From a virus: DNA of 40,843 nt. Within the stretch, counting starts at the first letter, position 1; each line of letters begins with the position of its first letter. The DNA lies in the IMG/VR virus record IMGVR_UViG_3300005467_000022, positions 1-40,843 of that record; one strand, given 5' to 3'. The position numbers were made by a program, and so were the translations under genes. This document shows positions 30,540 through 38,229 of the stretch, piece after piece. The notes under the pieces are model-generated. The model was given only the letters and a program-made list of their open reading frames with translations, did not search any database and had not been told where the DNA came from.

Positions 30540-32203
30540 CCGCGACCCTGCGGATGCGGTCCTATCAGCGTGAGACGGTCGACGCGGTGTTCACCGCCTG
30601 GGCTGGCGGCATGGAGCGCCCCGCCGTGGTGCTCCCCACCGGGGCCGGCAAGACCGTCGTCTTCTCCGAGATCATCCGACAGTGGCGGACCGCGCCGGAG
30701 TCGATCGGGGAGGCCGGCCTCGCGCGGATCTCCACCGGCCGCCGCGCCATCGTCCTTGTCCACCGCGACGAACTGGCGGACCAGGCGATCGGCAAGATCC
30801 GTGCCGCCGCTCCGGAACTGTCCGTGGGCAAGGTCAAGGCCGAGGACGACGAGATCACCGCCGACGTGATGGTGTGCTCGGTCCAGACCCTGAGCCGCGC
30901 GCGTCGTCTACGCCGCCTCGTGGAATGGCAGACGGCTCACGGCAAGGTCGGGCTGATCCTGACCGACGAATGCCACCACGCCGTGGCCAGGTCGTACCAG
31001 ACCGTCTACAACGCGTTCCCGGACGCGCTGCACGCCGGGTTCACCGCGACGCTGGCACGCGGCGACGGGGCCGGCCTCGGGTCCGTGTGGCAGGACGTGG
31101 TCTACTCCCGCTCCGCTCTGTGGATGATGCGGGAGGGCTACCTCGTCCAGCCACGGGGCTGGACCGCGCAGGCGGCCGGGCTCGACCTGGACTCCGTGAA
31201 GCGCACCGGCGGGGACTACGGCGCTGCCGACCTCGGGCGGGCTCTGGAAGAGGCGGACGTCCCGGCCCACCTGCCGGACGTGTGGCACCGGCGCGCCGAG
31301 GGGCGCCCCACCCTGGTCTTCACCCCCACCGTGGCGACCGCCCGTGCGGCGGCCGACGCCTTCCGCTCGGCGGGGGTGACGTCGGCGGTCATCTCGGGCC
31401 AGACCCCGCGCGAGGAACGGCGGCAGATCTTCGAGGATTTCCGGCTCGGCCGCACCACGGTCCTGTGCAATTGCATGGTCCTGACCGAGGGCACCGACCT
31501 GCCCTGGGCGTCGTGCGCGATCATCGCCCGCCCGACCCGGTCGGCCCCGCTGTACATCCAGATGGTGGGCCGCGTCCTGCGCCCGTGGGAGGGGAAGAAA
31601 GACGCGGTCGTCATCCATGTGGCCGGAGCCGGGGGGAAGATCTCCACCCTCGTCGACCTGGAGCCCGGCGCTGTCGACGAGGTCAGGGAGGGTGAGGGCC
31701 TCACCGAGGCCGAGGACCGTGAGGAACTGGAGGCTGCGGACGAGGCCAGCCGGACGGAGATCCGGTGCCGTCAGGTGCTCAAGCTCTCTGAGGTCAGCTC
31801 GATGTTCGAAGCCTCCCACCAGGCGTGGCTGACCACGGCGGGCGGCGTGCGGTTCCTCAGCGCAGGCGAGTGGACCTACTTCCTGTGGCCCTCGTCCGAG
31901 CCCGGTACCTGGGACGTGTGCCGCAAGCCGAAGTACGGGAAGTGGGAGCGGACCCAGCACACCGGCCTGGGAGTGGACATGGCCATGTCCTGGGCGGAGG
32001 CGGAGGCGGAGGGCCACGGCTCCTTCTCGGTCGCGCGCTCGGCGTCGTGGCGTGGCAAGTCGCGGCCCCCGTCGCAGGCCCAGACCGACTTCGCGCAGAC
32101 ACTCGGCATCGTCACCAAGGACCTGAACAAGGGCCAGTTGTCAGACGCGATCTCGTACGTGCTGGAGTCCCGGGCGCTCGATCCGTTCATCGGAGTCGTC
32201 TGA
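30536..32203 (+). CDS. SF2 (DEAD/DEAH, ResIII-type) DNA helicase (555 aa)
   Basis: An ATGA overlap start is used. Walker A is VLPTGAGKT, Walker B is LTDECHH and motif III is FTATLAR. A C-terminal helicase domain with QMVGRVLR follows. Confidence 0.8.
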   Translation: MTATLRMRSYQRETVDAVFTAWAGGMERPAVVLPTGAGKTVVFSEIIRQWRTAPESIGEAGLARISTGRRAIVLVHRDELADQAIGKIRAAAPELSVGKVKAEDDEITADVMVCSVQTLSRARRLRRLVEWQTAHGKVGLILTDECHHAVARSYQTVYNAFPDALHAGFTATLARGDGAGLGSVWQDVVYSRSALWMMREGYLVQPRGWTAQAAGLDLDSVKRTGGDYGAADLGRALEEADVPAHLPDVWHRRAEGRPTLVFTPTVATARAAADAFRSAGVTSAVISGQTPREERRQIFEDFRLGRTTVLCNCMVLTEGTDLPWASCAIIARPTRSAPLYIQMVGRVLRPWEGKKDAVVIHVAGAGGKISTLVDLEPGAVDEVREGEGLTEAEDREELEAADEASRTEIRCRQVLKLSEVSSMFEASHQAWLTTAGGVRFLSAGEWTYFLWPSSEPGTWDVCRKPKYGKWERTQHTGLGVDMAMSWAEAEAEGHGSFSVARSASWRGKSRPPSQAQTDFAQTLGIVTKDLNKGQLSDAISYVLESRALDPFIGVV

Positions 32204-32222
32204 CGGGGTTGCGCCCGGTCCT

Positions 32223-32235
32223 GAAGTTGTCCATA
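32223..32235 (+). promoter_or_regulatory. Conserved motif copy GAAGTTGTCCATA(CTTAAG)
   Basis: It starts 20 nt after the helicase stop and ends 26 nt before ATG 32262. Confidence 0.5.
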
Positions 32236-32261
32236 CTTAAGCCCAACGAAAGGGGGTCGTG

Positions 32262-32363
32262 ATGACCAAGGACCTGTTGCTGGGAATCCTGCTCGGCACC
32301 GTCGGGTGGACCGTGTTCGTCGTGGCGGTCGCGCTGATCGCACAGAAGGGCAGAAAGAAATGA
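32262..32363 (+). CDS. Small single-TM protein (33 aa), below the ORF-track length cut-off
   Basis: An AAAGGGGG RBS is present. The product is MTKDLLLGILLGTVGWTVFVVAVALIAQKGRKK, and an ATGA overlap links it to the next gene. Confidence 0.45.
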   Translation: MTKDLLLGILLGTVGWTVFVVAVALIAQKGRKK

Positions 32364-32800
32364 TCTCCGCCGTGGCGTTCGGCTGGGCCACCCTGACGTG
32401 GTGGTCGTGGCTGCTGATGGCACTGGTGGTGTTCTCCTCCACCTACGGCGCGTACCGGCTGGCGTCGTGGCAGGAGAACGGACGCACGGGTCCCTGCCTG
32501 GAGCACCTCGGCACCTTCGAGCGCCGGCGGTCCCGTACCGACGCGTGGTGCTTCCTGCCCGCAGGCCACCGGGGCGTGCACCGCGACCACGACGGGTTCG
32601 CGCCTGCGGAACTGGCCGGGCTGTATGCGGAGAACATCCCTGCCGCCCCGGTCCAGGACACCGACACCATGCGGCTGTCGGAGCTGCTGGCCTCCCCAGA
32701 CAACGATCCCGACTTCTTCCCGGGCAACTGCACGAGGTCGGCGTACTGCTACCGGCCCGACGGTCACGACGGTGAGTGCTTCGAACTGGGCCGTCCGTGA
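32360..32800 (+). CDS. Membrane-anchored protein carrying two CCH(H/C) modules (146 aa)
   Basis: An N-terminal TM segment (WATLTWWSWLLMALVVFSS) is followed by CFLPAGHRGVH and CYRPDGHDGEC. Confidence 0.55.
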   Translation: MISAVAFGWATLTWWSWLLMALVVFSSTYGAYRLASWQENGRTGPCLEHLGTFERRRSRTDAWCFLPAGHRGVHRDHDGFAPAELAGLYAENIPAAPVQDTDTMRLSELLASPDNDPDFFPGNCTRSAYCYRPDGHDGECFELGRP

Positions 32801-32804
32801 CCCC

Positions 32805-32839
32805 ACAGACCCTCCCCCGGCAAGGTGGGGAGGGTCTGT
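32805..32839 (+). terminator. 13-bp perfect-stem hairpin
   Basis: ACAGACCCTCCCC pairs with GGGGAGGGTCTGT across a 9-nt loop. The hairpin starts 5 nt after the stop codon. Confidence 0.65.
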
Positions 32840-32859
32840 CCCACATCCGAGAGGAACAC

Positions 32860-34620
32860 ATGAGCACGACGCAGGACAAGCCCCGTGGCGGCTGCACCGG
32901 GTGCGCCTTCACCTACACGCTGAGCACCGCCCGGAGCGGCGAGTACAAGGGCCTGGAGGTGATCCGCAAGCACAACTCGCGGAAGGGCCCCGGCCTGTGC
33001 GAGGGCGCGCAGAAGCCGCCGCGCCTGGAGCTGGGAGAGGCCACCGGGGACCAACAGGCGTTCGCGGACCCGGCGCCGGTGACCGAGACGGACGAGACCA
33101 GGCGTGGTCCGTGGATCACCGCGTCGTTCGACAGCGAGTGCAATGGCGACTGCGGTGGAGCACTCACGGAGGGGGGCGAGATCCGGGCGGACGGCTCGGG
33201 CGGCTGGCTGTGTGAGGACTGTGGCTCGGACCAGACCACGGACCTGGTCGGCGCCGAGACGGTGGCGGAGATGAGGTCCGTGACGCGCACCGTCTGCGGC
33301 CGTGAACTCACCGCCCGGTTCGAGCACAACCAGTGGATGATCCGCTTCTCGCCGGATCACACCTGGGTCGGTTCTTCGGTGGACGAGGTGTTCCTCCGGA
33401 TCGGGACCGCTCTTCAGGAAGAGCCGGAGCGCTACGGCCTGCCTGCCAGGAGCCCGGCAACCGTGGCGGTTGCGGACCTGCCCCGTAAGAGCGGGCTCCG
33501 GTACACCCGCCCGGCGCCGGTGGCCACGATCAAGACGTCCTCGGTGGTCACCCCAGAGTTCGCCAGTCCGGCGCCGGTCCCGGAGATGACGCCGGTGTCG
33601 GGCCAGCCCGGACCGAAGCGCGACAGGTACAAAAGGTATCTTCTCCCCGGTCCGGACGGTCGTGAGACCGCCCACACACGCGCCACCACGTTCGCCAAAT
33701 TCGGGTCGTCCACGTACGCCCTGAGCGAGTGGGGCGAGCGGATGCTCATCAAGGGGCTGACGATGCGCCCCGACCTCCTGGCCATGGCCCACGGCCTGGA
33801 CGTGAAGCGCGACCGCAGCCGTCTCAACCAGCTCGCGGACGAGGCCCAGGCGGCGGGCGGAAACAAGGTCGCCGCCAACATCGGCACGGCACTGCACGGG
33901 TTCAGCGAGAACCTCGACGCCGGGCTCATGACGCTGGACGACGTCCCGGAGCAGTGGCGCGGGCGCATGTCCGAGTACCGCTCCGCCATGGCCGGGGCCG
34001 GTCTGGCCACCCGGCGCGAGTGGATCGAGCGCACCACGGCCGTCCCCGCCTCCGAGGTGTCGGCCCCGCTCCCGGTGGCCGGGACCCTGGACCGGGTCCT
34101 GGAGACCGCGTACGGGGAGCTGATCATCGGGGACCTGAAGAGCGGTTCCGACCTCTCCTACGGCACGCTGGAGATCGAAGTCCAGCTCTGGCTGTACGCC
34201 CGGGGGTGCAACCTCAACGGCCTCTTCGACTGGAACACGGGCCGGTGGGAGCGGCTGGACCGCCCGGTCAGCGAGGACCATGCCGTGGTGATGCACCTGC
34301 CCGCCGACGGCACCGGCTGCACCCTCCTGCGAGCCGATCTCCGGAGGGGACGCCGTAACGCCCAGGTGTCGGGCCTGGTCCAGGCACGGCAGAAGGACAA
34401 GTCGGTGATGCCGGTGCTGTCGAAGCTGGACCTGCGCCCTCCGGAGCCGCCGCAGCGCACGGACATGGGTGTGGCCCGGGAGCTGATCGGCGCCGCCCCG
34501 GACCATCGGCGCCTGACGGACATCCACCGCTACGCCGTGGTGTCGGGCAAGTTCTCCGATCCCGATCTGGCCGAGCTCAAACGCCTGGCCCGGGTCCGCT
34601 GGGACGAGCTGAACGGGTGA
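32860..34620 (+). CDS. PD-(D/E)XK (RecB/Cas4-like) exonuclease with a ~280-aa Cys-rich N-terminal extension (586 aa)
   Basis: The C-terminal half has GTLDRV...LIIGDLKSG (D...D-x-K). The N-terminus has CTGC and CNGDCGG...WLCEDCG zinc-ribbon-like pairs. A GAGAGGAA RBS is present. Confidence 0.55.
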   Translation: MSTTQDKPRGGCTGCAFTYTLSTARSGEYKGLEVIRKHNSRKGPGLCEGAQKPPRLELGEATGDQQAFADPAPVTETDETRRGPWITASFDSECNGDCGGALTEGGEIRADGSGGWLCEDCGSDQTTDLVGAETVAEMRSVTRTVCGRELTARFEHNQWMIRFSPDHTWVGSSVDEVFLRIGTALQEEPERYGLPARSPATVAVADLPRKSGLRYTRPAPVATIKTSSVVTPEFASPAPVPEMTPVSGQPGPKRDRYKRYLLPGPDGRETAHTRATTFAKFGSSTYALSEWGERMLIKGLTMRPDLLAMAHGLDVKRDRSRLNQLADEAQAAGGNKVAANIGTALHGFSENLDAGLMTLDDVPEQWRGRMSEYRSAMAGAGLATRREWIERTTAVPASEVSAPLPVAGTLDRVLETAYGELIIGDLKSGSDLSYGTLEIEVQLWLYARGCNLNGLFDWNTGRWERLDRPVSEDHAVVMHLPADGTGCTLLRADLRRGRRNAQVSGLVQARQKDKSVMPVLSKLDLRPPEPPQRTDMGVARELIGAAPDHRRLTDIHRYAVVSGKFSDPDLAELKRLARVRWDELNG

Positions 34621-34626
34621 CACGAG

Positions 34627-34650
34627 GGCCGGGGTGCTTGCGCCCCGGCC
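34627..34650 (+). terminator. Hairpin after the exonuclease gene
   Basis: GGCCGGGG pairs with CCCCGGCC across an 8-nt loop. The hairpin starts 7 nt after the stop codon. Confidence 0.55.
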
Positions 34651-34651
34651 C

Positions 34652-34672
34652 CAAGTTGTCCATAGTGGAGAC
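34652..34672 (+). promoter_or_regulatory. Conserved motif copy CAAGTTGTCCATAGTGGAGAC
   Basis: It directly follows the hairpin and directly abuts GTG 34673, which may give a leaderless transcript. Confidence 0.5.
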
Positions 34673-35014
34673 GTGAGCACAACGACGACGGAAGGGGTAT
34701 CCGTGGCAACGCAGAGGCTCAACGGGAACAGCGTCCGGGCGGTCCTGGTGAAGGAAGGGTTCCGGGCGAACCGTCGCCACGGCGATGCCGACTGGGGCGG
34801 CTTCTCGGTCCCGGCCGGGGAGCGGACCGCCCCCGTGATCGAGGTGTCGTGGCAGCCGCCGGCCACGATGGACGAGGACCGGGCCCGTGCCGCCCGGCCG
34901 CGCATCCTGCGCCGTTACACCGAGGCGCTGCGCAGCGCCGGGTACGAGTGCCGGACCAGCAACGGGCGCCTCGTCCTGGTCAGCGTCCCGGTCCGGACGG
35001 AGGCGTCGGCATGA
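34673..35014 (+). CDS. Hypothetical protein (113 aa from GTG 34673; 103 aa from GTG 34703, which has a GGAAGGGG RBS)
   Basis: Third-position G+C is coding-like, but the start is ambiguous. Confidence 0.5.
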   Translation: MSTTTTEGVSVATQRLNGNSVRAVLVKEGFRANRRHGDADWGGFSVPAGERTAPVIEVSWQPPATMDEDRARAARPRILRRYTEALRSAGYECRTSNGRLVLVSVPVRTEASA

Positions 35015-35439
35015 GCAGCTTCCGTGTCGAGATCACCTACCTCGACGGGGTCCAGGAAGCCGTCTCGGACATCCCCACCGAGAGGATGGCGGCAGACATC
35101 TACAGCAGCGCGGCGACCCACGACCGGGTCCTCAGCGCGGTGCTGTACGGGGCCGACGGGTGCGTGGTCTCACAGATGGTCACGGCGGTGAACAGGACCG
35201 CCCCGCACCAGCAGACCTGGACGGGCTTCGGCTCGCAGGAGGCCGCAGCGCTGGCGCTCAACCCCCTGCCACGCCAGTGGTCGGTCACCGAGGGGTGCAC
35301 GTCCACCTGGTACCCGGACGGGGCCACCGGCATCTTCCGCCGGTGCGCGCTCCTGCGGGGCCACCGTGGGCCGCACCGCAAGGGCGACATCGTGTGGGAC
35401 GACGCCGACGAGGTTGACGGCCGCCGGCCCGCAGGCTAG
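35011..35439 (+). CDS. Hypothetical protein with one C-terminal CCHH module (142 aa)
   Basis: An ATGA overlap start is used. The module is GCTSTWYPDGATGIFRRCALLRGHRGPH. Confidence 0.55.
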   Translation: MSSFRVEITYLDGVQEAVSDIPTERMAADIYSSAATHDRVLSAVLYGADGCVVSQMVTAVNRTAPHQQTWTGFGSQEAAALALNPLPRQWSVTEGCTSTWYPDGATGIFRRCALLRGHRGPHRKGDIVWDDADEVDGRRPAG

Positions 35440-35440
35440 A

Positions 35441-35454
35441 TTATGGACAGCTTC
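35441..35454 (-). promoter_or_regulatory. Conserved motif copy in reverse orientation (GAAGCTGTCCATAA on the minus strand)
   Basis: It starts 2 nt after TAG 35437-35439. In this orientation it points antisense into the rightward operon. Confidence 0.35.
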
Positions 35455-35590
35455 GCAGGCGGGGAAGTCCACGGGGACGGTGATCCCCCGCCTGCGGAGT
35501 ACAACGGTGGCTCCGCGTGAGTGGAGGTGAACCGCCGTAGGCCACGGGTTCGAGTCCAGTTCCCGGGCTTCTCCGCGCAAGCGGAGGTGA
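35455..35590 (+). other. Highly structured tRNA-like region of unresolved identity
   Basis: It contains an 11-bp hairpin CGCAGGCGGGG/CCCCGCCTGCG, a 7-bp stem ACGGTGG/CCGCCGT, a canonical GGGTTCGAGTCC T-loop (with a G-A mismatch in its stem) and a CTCCGC-GCAA-GCGGAG hairpin. I could not fold a complete cloverleaf by eye. Confidence 0.3.
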
Positions 35591-35592
35591 AG

Positions 35593-35666
35593 ATCTGAGT
35601 AGCTCAGCAGCGCAGAGCATCGGTCTTATAAGCCGAAGGTCGCGGGTTCGAGCCCCGCCTCAGATA
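35593..35666 (+). tRNA. tRNA with anticodon TAT (would read AUA, Ile); no CCA encoded
   Basis: My manual cloverleaf is: acceptor ATCTGAG/CTCAGAT, D arm GCTC-AGCAGCGCA-GAGC, anticodon arm TCGGT-CTTATAA-GCCGA (one G-U pair), variable loop AGGTC, T arm GCGGG-TTCGAGC-CCCGC, discriminator A. The D loop lacks the usual GG. Confidence 0.7.
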
Positions 35667-35810
35667 CGGGTTACCGAGTCGGCTCCGGCCGTGAGGACCC
35701 GCTTAACGGGTACCCCCTCTCGGTGGGGATCGACCGGCCCGGGGCCGGATAACCGACCGGCCCCGGGTGAGCAACACTGGAAACCGCAACAGAAACCGGA
35801 GAAAGAAACC

Positions 35811-36410
35811 ATGAGCACTCCCGCCAACCCGTTCGCCGCCCCCGCGATCCCGCCCAGCACGTTCCCGACGGTCGAGTCCTTCCGGGGACGCCTGGTGGCG
35901 GTCACCCCGGTCGCGGTCGACACCGTCCCGGACAACTTCTCCCAGGTGGCGGGCGCGACCAAGACCCGCGTCACCGCCAACGTGACGCTCATGGACAGCG
36001 ACCAGCCGGTCCCGCTGTTCAAGAACCGCGCGGCCACGGGCAACACGATGGCCGGACCCGAGTTCCCCAAGGTCTGGTTCGAAGGCTCGTACCTGGTCGA
36101 GCAGCTCCGGCCCTACGCCGGAACCGGCCAGATGGTGCTGGGTGTGATCGACACCCGTACCCCGGGCACGCAGGCGGTCAAGGGCAACCCCTGGGGCATG
36201 ACCGCCGCCACGCCCGAGCAGACCGCCCACGCGGTCCAGGTCCTCAACACGCGGGCCCTCGGTGCCGCGGCCGCACCGGCCCCCGTCCCGTCCTCCCAGC
36301 CGGCCGCCCTCTCCCCGGCGGCGGCCGTACCGGCCCCGGCGCAGACTCCCACGGTCCCCACCGTTCCTGCGCCCGGGCCGGCCCCTGCGGGCGTGAACCC
36401 CTTCCTGTAG
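35811..36410 (+). CDS. Hypothetical protein with a Pro/Ala-rich C-terminal tail ending NPFL (199 aa)
   Basis: A GGAG RBS is present. The ~150-aa globular N-terminus is of no family I recognise. Confidence 0.5.
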   Translation: MSTPANPFAAPAIPPSTFPTVESFRGRLVAVTPVAVDTVPDNFSQVAGATKTRVTANVTLMDSDQPVPLFKNRAATGNTMAGPEFPKVWFEGSYLVEQLRPYAGTGQMVLGVIDTRTPGTQAVKGNPWGMTAATPEQTAHAVQVLNTRALGAAAAPAPVPSSQPAALSPAAAVPAPAQTPTVPTVPAPGPAPAGVNPFL

Positions 36411-36430
36411 GAAGGCCGGTCCCCCGCAAC

Positions 36431-36467
36431 CGCCCCCTCGCGTCTCGCCCCTGAGCGCGAGGGGGCG
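36431..36467 (+). terminator. 12-bp hairpin followed by CCCCTCTTTCTCC
   Basis: CGCCCCCTCGCG pairs with CGCGAGGGGGCG across a 13-nt loop. Confidence 0.6.
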
Positions 36468-36495
36468 CCCCTCTTTCTCCCGCCGGAGGCACCCC

Positions 36496-36603
36496 GTGAC
36501 AGCTCACCTCAAGGCCATGTGGGCCGAGCCCGCAGGCGCTCTTCTCGTGGCCGCGAACGCGGTCGGACTGGCTCTGTGCGCACTGCTGGCCGTACGCCCC
36601 TGA
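36496..36603 (+). CDS. Possible small TM peptide (35 aa)
   Basis: A GGAGG RBS lies 5 nt before the GTG. The product is VTAHLKAMWAEPAGALLVAANAVGLALCALLAVRP. Confidence 0.3.
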   Translation: MTAHLKAMWAEPAGALLVAANAVGLALCALLAVRP

Positions 36604-36737
36604 GAGGGACACATGATGCTCACACTTCTGCTCCGACGCCTGCGCGTCCATCACCGGTCAGACCGCGCCCGTCGGCGTCGCCCGGTATGCCGATGTGGCC
36701 GGACCCATCCAGGGCCACGCCCCTGAGAACGTGATGA

Positions 36738-36769
36738 GGCCCCCTCCCCGGCGCAGTAGGGAGGGGGCC
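36738..36769. terminator. Bidirectional hairpin where the two genome arms converge
   Basis: GGCCCCCTCCC pairs with GGGAGGGGGCC across a 10-nt loop. Confidence 0.65.
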
Positions 36770-36784
36770 GCTCTGTGCCCCGGG

Positions 36785-37348
36785 TCAGAAGCCGAAGTCA
36801 CGCCGCTTGAGTTTGGCCATGTCCCCGCGCGGATGGTGCCAGACAATGCCCTCGTAGGGCCAGTTCTCCAACAACCCCCGCAAATGCACGAAGGTGAGTG
36901 GGGTGGCCCCCGCCTCCAGCCGTGCACTGAGCGGGGTCCAGCCATGCTCCACCAGAATATGGAACCGGTGCTCATCACGGTTCCCGTTGATCTTGGGGCC
37001 AACCAGCTCGTACGTGCCGGGCGTGAGACGACTGCCGTCGCTGTTGTCGTACGCATCCGCGAAGTACTTCTCGAACGAGGACTGAGCCACCGGCTCCCAG
37101 CCCACGGTCTTGCCCGTGACTTCGTCGTGCTGGACCACCAGGTACCCGGGGGGCGGCTGCTTGCCGGGCTTCACTTCACGGCGCGCCCACCACCGGCCGC
37201 CCTCGTCGAGCATGACGCAGACACCGTCCCACTTGACCGTGGGCCTGCCTTCACCGGCCATCACCCACTCACAGCCGGGGGTGATCTGGTCCAGGACCCG
37301 GCTGCGGTCCTCGGGGTCGCGCACGAACAGCGTGGGGATCTTCTTCAC
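36785..37348 (-). CDS. Minimal nucleotidyltransferase, ATP-dependent RNA/DNA ligase-like (187 aa)
   Basis: The KxDG motif is TVKWDGV. YELVGPKINGN and GIVWHHPRGDMAKLKRRDF resemble ligase motifs IV and V. A GTG start is used. Confidence 0.5.
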   Translation of the reverse strand: MKKIPTLFVRDPEDRSRVLDQITPGCEWVMAGEGRPTVKWDGVCVMLDEGGRWWARREVKPGKQPPPGYLVVQHDEVTGKTVGWEPVAQSSFEKYFADAYDNSDGSRLTPGTYELVGPKINGNRDEHRFHILVEHGWTPLSARLEAGATPLTFVHLRGLLENWPYEGIVWHHPRGDMAKLKRRDFGF

Positions 37349-37415
37349 GAGGCACCACCCGCGACTGCGGGACCGGTAAAGTTGAACGCGTTCAAGGTGT
37401 ACTCCCTTGTTCCAT

Positions 37416-37444
37416 GACCCCGGCGGCGGACACCGCGCGGGGTC
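37416..37444 (-). terminator. Hairpin downstream of the holin gene
   Basis: GACCCCG pairs with CGGGGTC across a 15-nt loop. Confidence 0.4.
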
Positions 37445-37459
37445 TTCATCGTATCGGGC

Positions 37460-37654
37460 CTACGCCCTGCGCGACCGCAGCCACGACGCGGCGGCGCTCA
37501 GTACGGCGGCGCCCCCGGCCACGGCGCCGGCCGCGAGCCCGGCACGGATAGTGCTCCAGTCGGTGAGGGTGACGACCGGGATCGCGGGCACGGCCGCCTG
37601 GACGAAGGTGCGTGCCGCGCGCTCGATCAGGTCGTCGATCTGTTCCTTGGACAT
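37460..37654 (-). CDS. Holin-like membrane protein (64 aa)
   Basis: The N-terminal LIERAARTFVQAAVPA is r1t-holin-like as I recall it, and a C-terminal TM segment (AGLAAGAVAGGAAVLSAAASW) is present. Confidence 0.5.
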   Translation of the reverse strand: MSKEQIDDLIERAARTFVQAAVPAIPVVTLTDWSTIRAGLAAGAVAGGAAVLSAAASWLRSRRA

Positions 37655-37662
37655 GGGTCCTC

Positions 37663-38229
37663 CTACGGTCCCCAGATGCGGAATGCCGCCATGAACTTGA
37701 GCGTGGCGAACATGGTCTCGTCACTCGGGCCGGCCGGGTTGAGCCGGGCCGAGAAGCTGTCGGTGGTGCCGTTCATGAAGCCGACCCCTGACACGTGCAT
37801 CACGTGCAGCGCCGGGGACTGGGCGAAGTAGCTGGGTGAGTTCCACGAGATCGACTCTGTGACGTTGCGGAGCAACTGCAACTGGCGCGAGGTGGTGAAG
37901 GTCGAGTTCGACGGGGTCACGGCGGCCCAGCAGTACCACCAGCCACTGAGCTTGGGCACGATCCGGGTCGGCTGCGAGCTGAGGTTGGCGGCGCCGTGCG
38001 TATCGATGTCGACGAAGTCGAAGGACAGCTCCGTGTTGGTACGCGGCGGGAACGTCTGCTTGACGGTGCGGGAGCTGACCTTCACCATCGGGCGCTGGTT
38101 GATGGACGAGGCCAGCGCCTGCATGTCCAGGTCGACCGCGTCGGCGAACGCCTCGATCGCCTCAGGGACCCTGCCCGGGTCGCCTGCCACGGGGTACGGG
38201 TAGCCCCGGTTCGGGGTCAGGGCGGGCAT
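37663..38229 (-). CDS. Minor tail / putative receptor-binding protein, RGYPYP family paralogue 1 (188 aa)
   Basis: The N-terminal NRGYPYPVAGDPGRVPEAIEAFADAVDLDMQAL is followed by a beta-rich C-terminus. Confidence 0.55.
   Translation of the reverse strand: MPALTPNRGYPYPVAGDPGRVPEAIEAFADAVDLDMQALASSINQRPMVKVSSRTVKQTFPPRTNTELSFDFVDIDTHGAANLSSQPTRIVPKLSGWWYCWAAVTPSNSTFTTSRQLQLLRNVTESISWNSPSYFAQSPALHVMHVSGVGFMNGTTDSFSARLNPAGPSDETMFATLKFMAAFRIWGP

Noticed and set aside
35497-35568. A second tRNA upstream of the tRNA(UAU), suggested by the canonical GGGTTCGAGTCC T-loop.
   Set aside because: The T stem has a G-A mismatch. No 5' strand complementary to the would-be acceptor 3' strand TCCCGGG exists at a tRNA-compatible distance, and I found no acceptable anticodon arm. 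I kept it only as an unresolved structured region.
35100-35580. Minus-strand ORFs (35100-35390 and 35170-35580) that could be driven by the reverse motif at 35441-35454.
   Set aside because: Their translations are shadow-like, they have no RBS, and they overlap the tRNA-like region and a well-supported plus-strand gene.
36612-36725. A 37-codon ORF (MMLTLLLRRLRVHHRSDRARRRRPVCRCGRTHPGPRP) with a GAGAGGGA upstream.
   Set aside because: Its composition is Arg-rich and shadow-like, and it lies between two terminators. The evidence is insufficient to call a gene.
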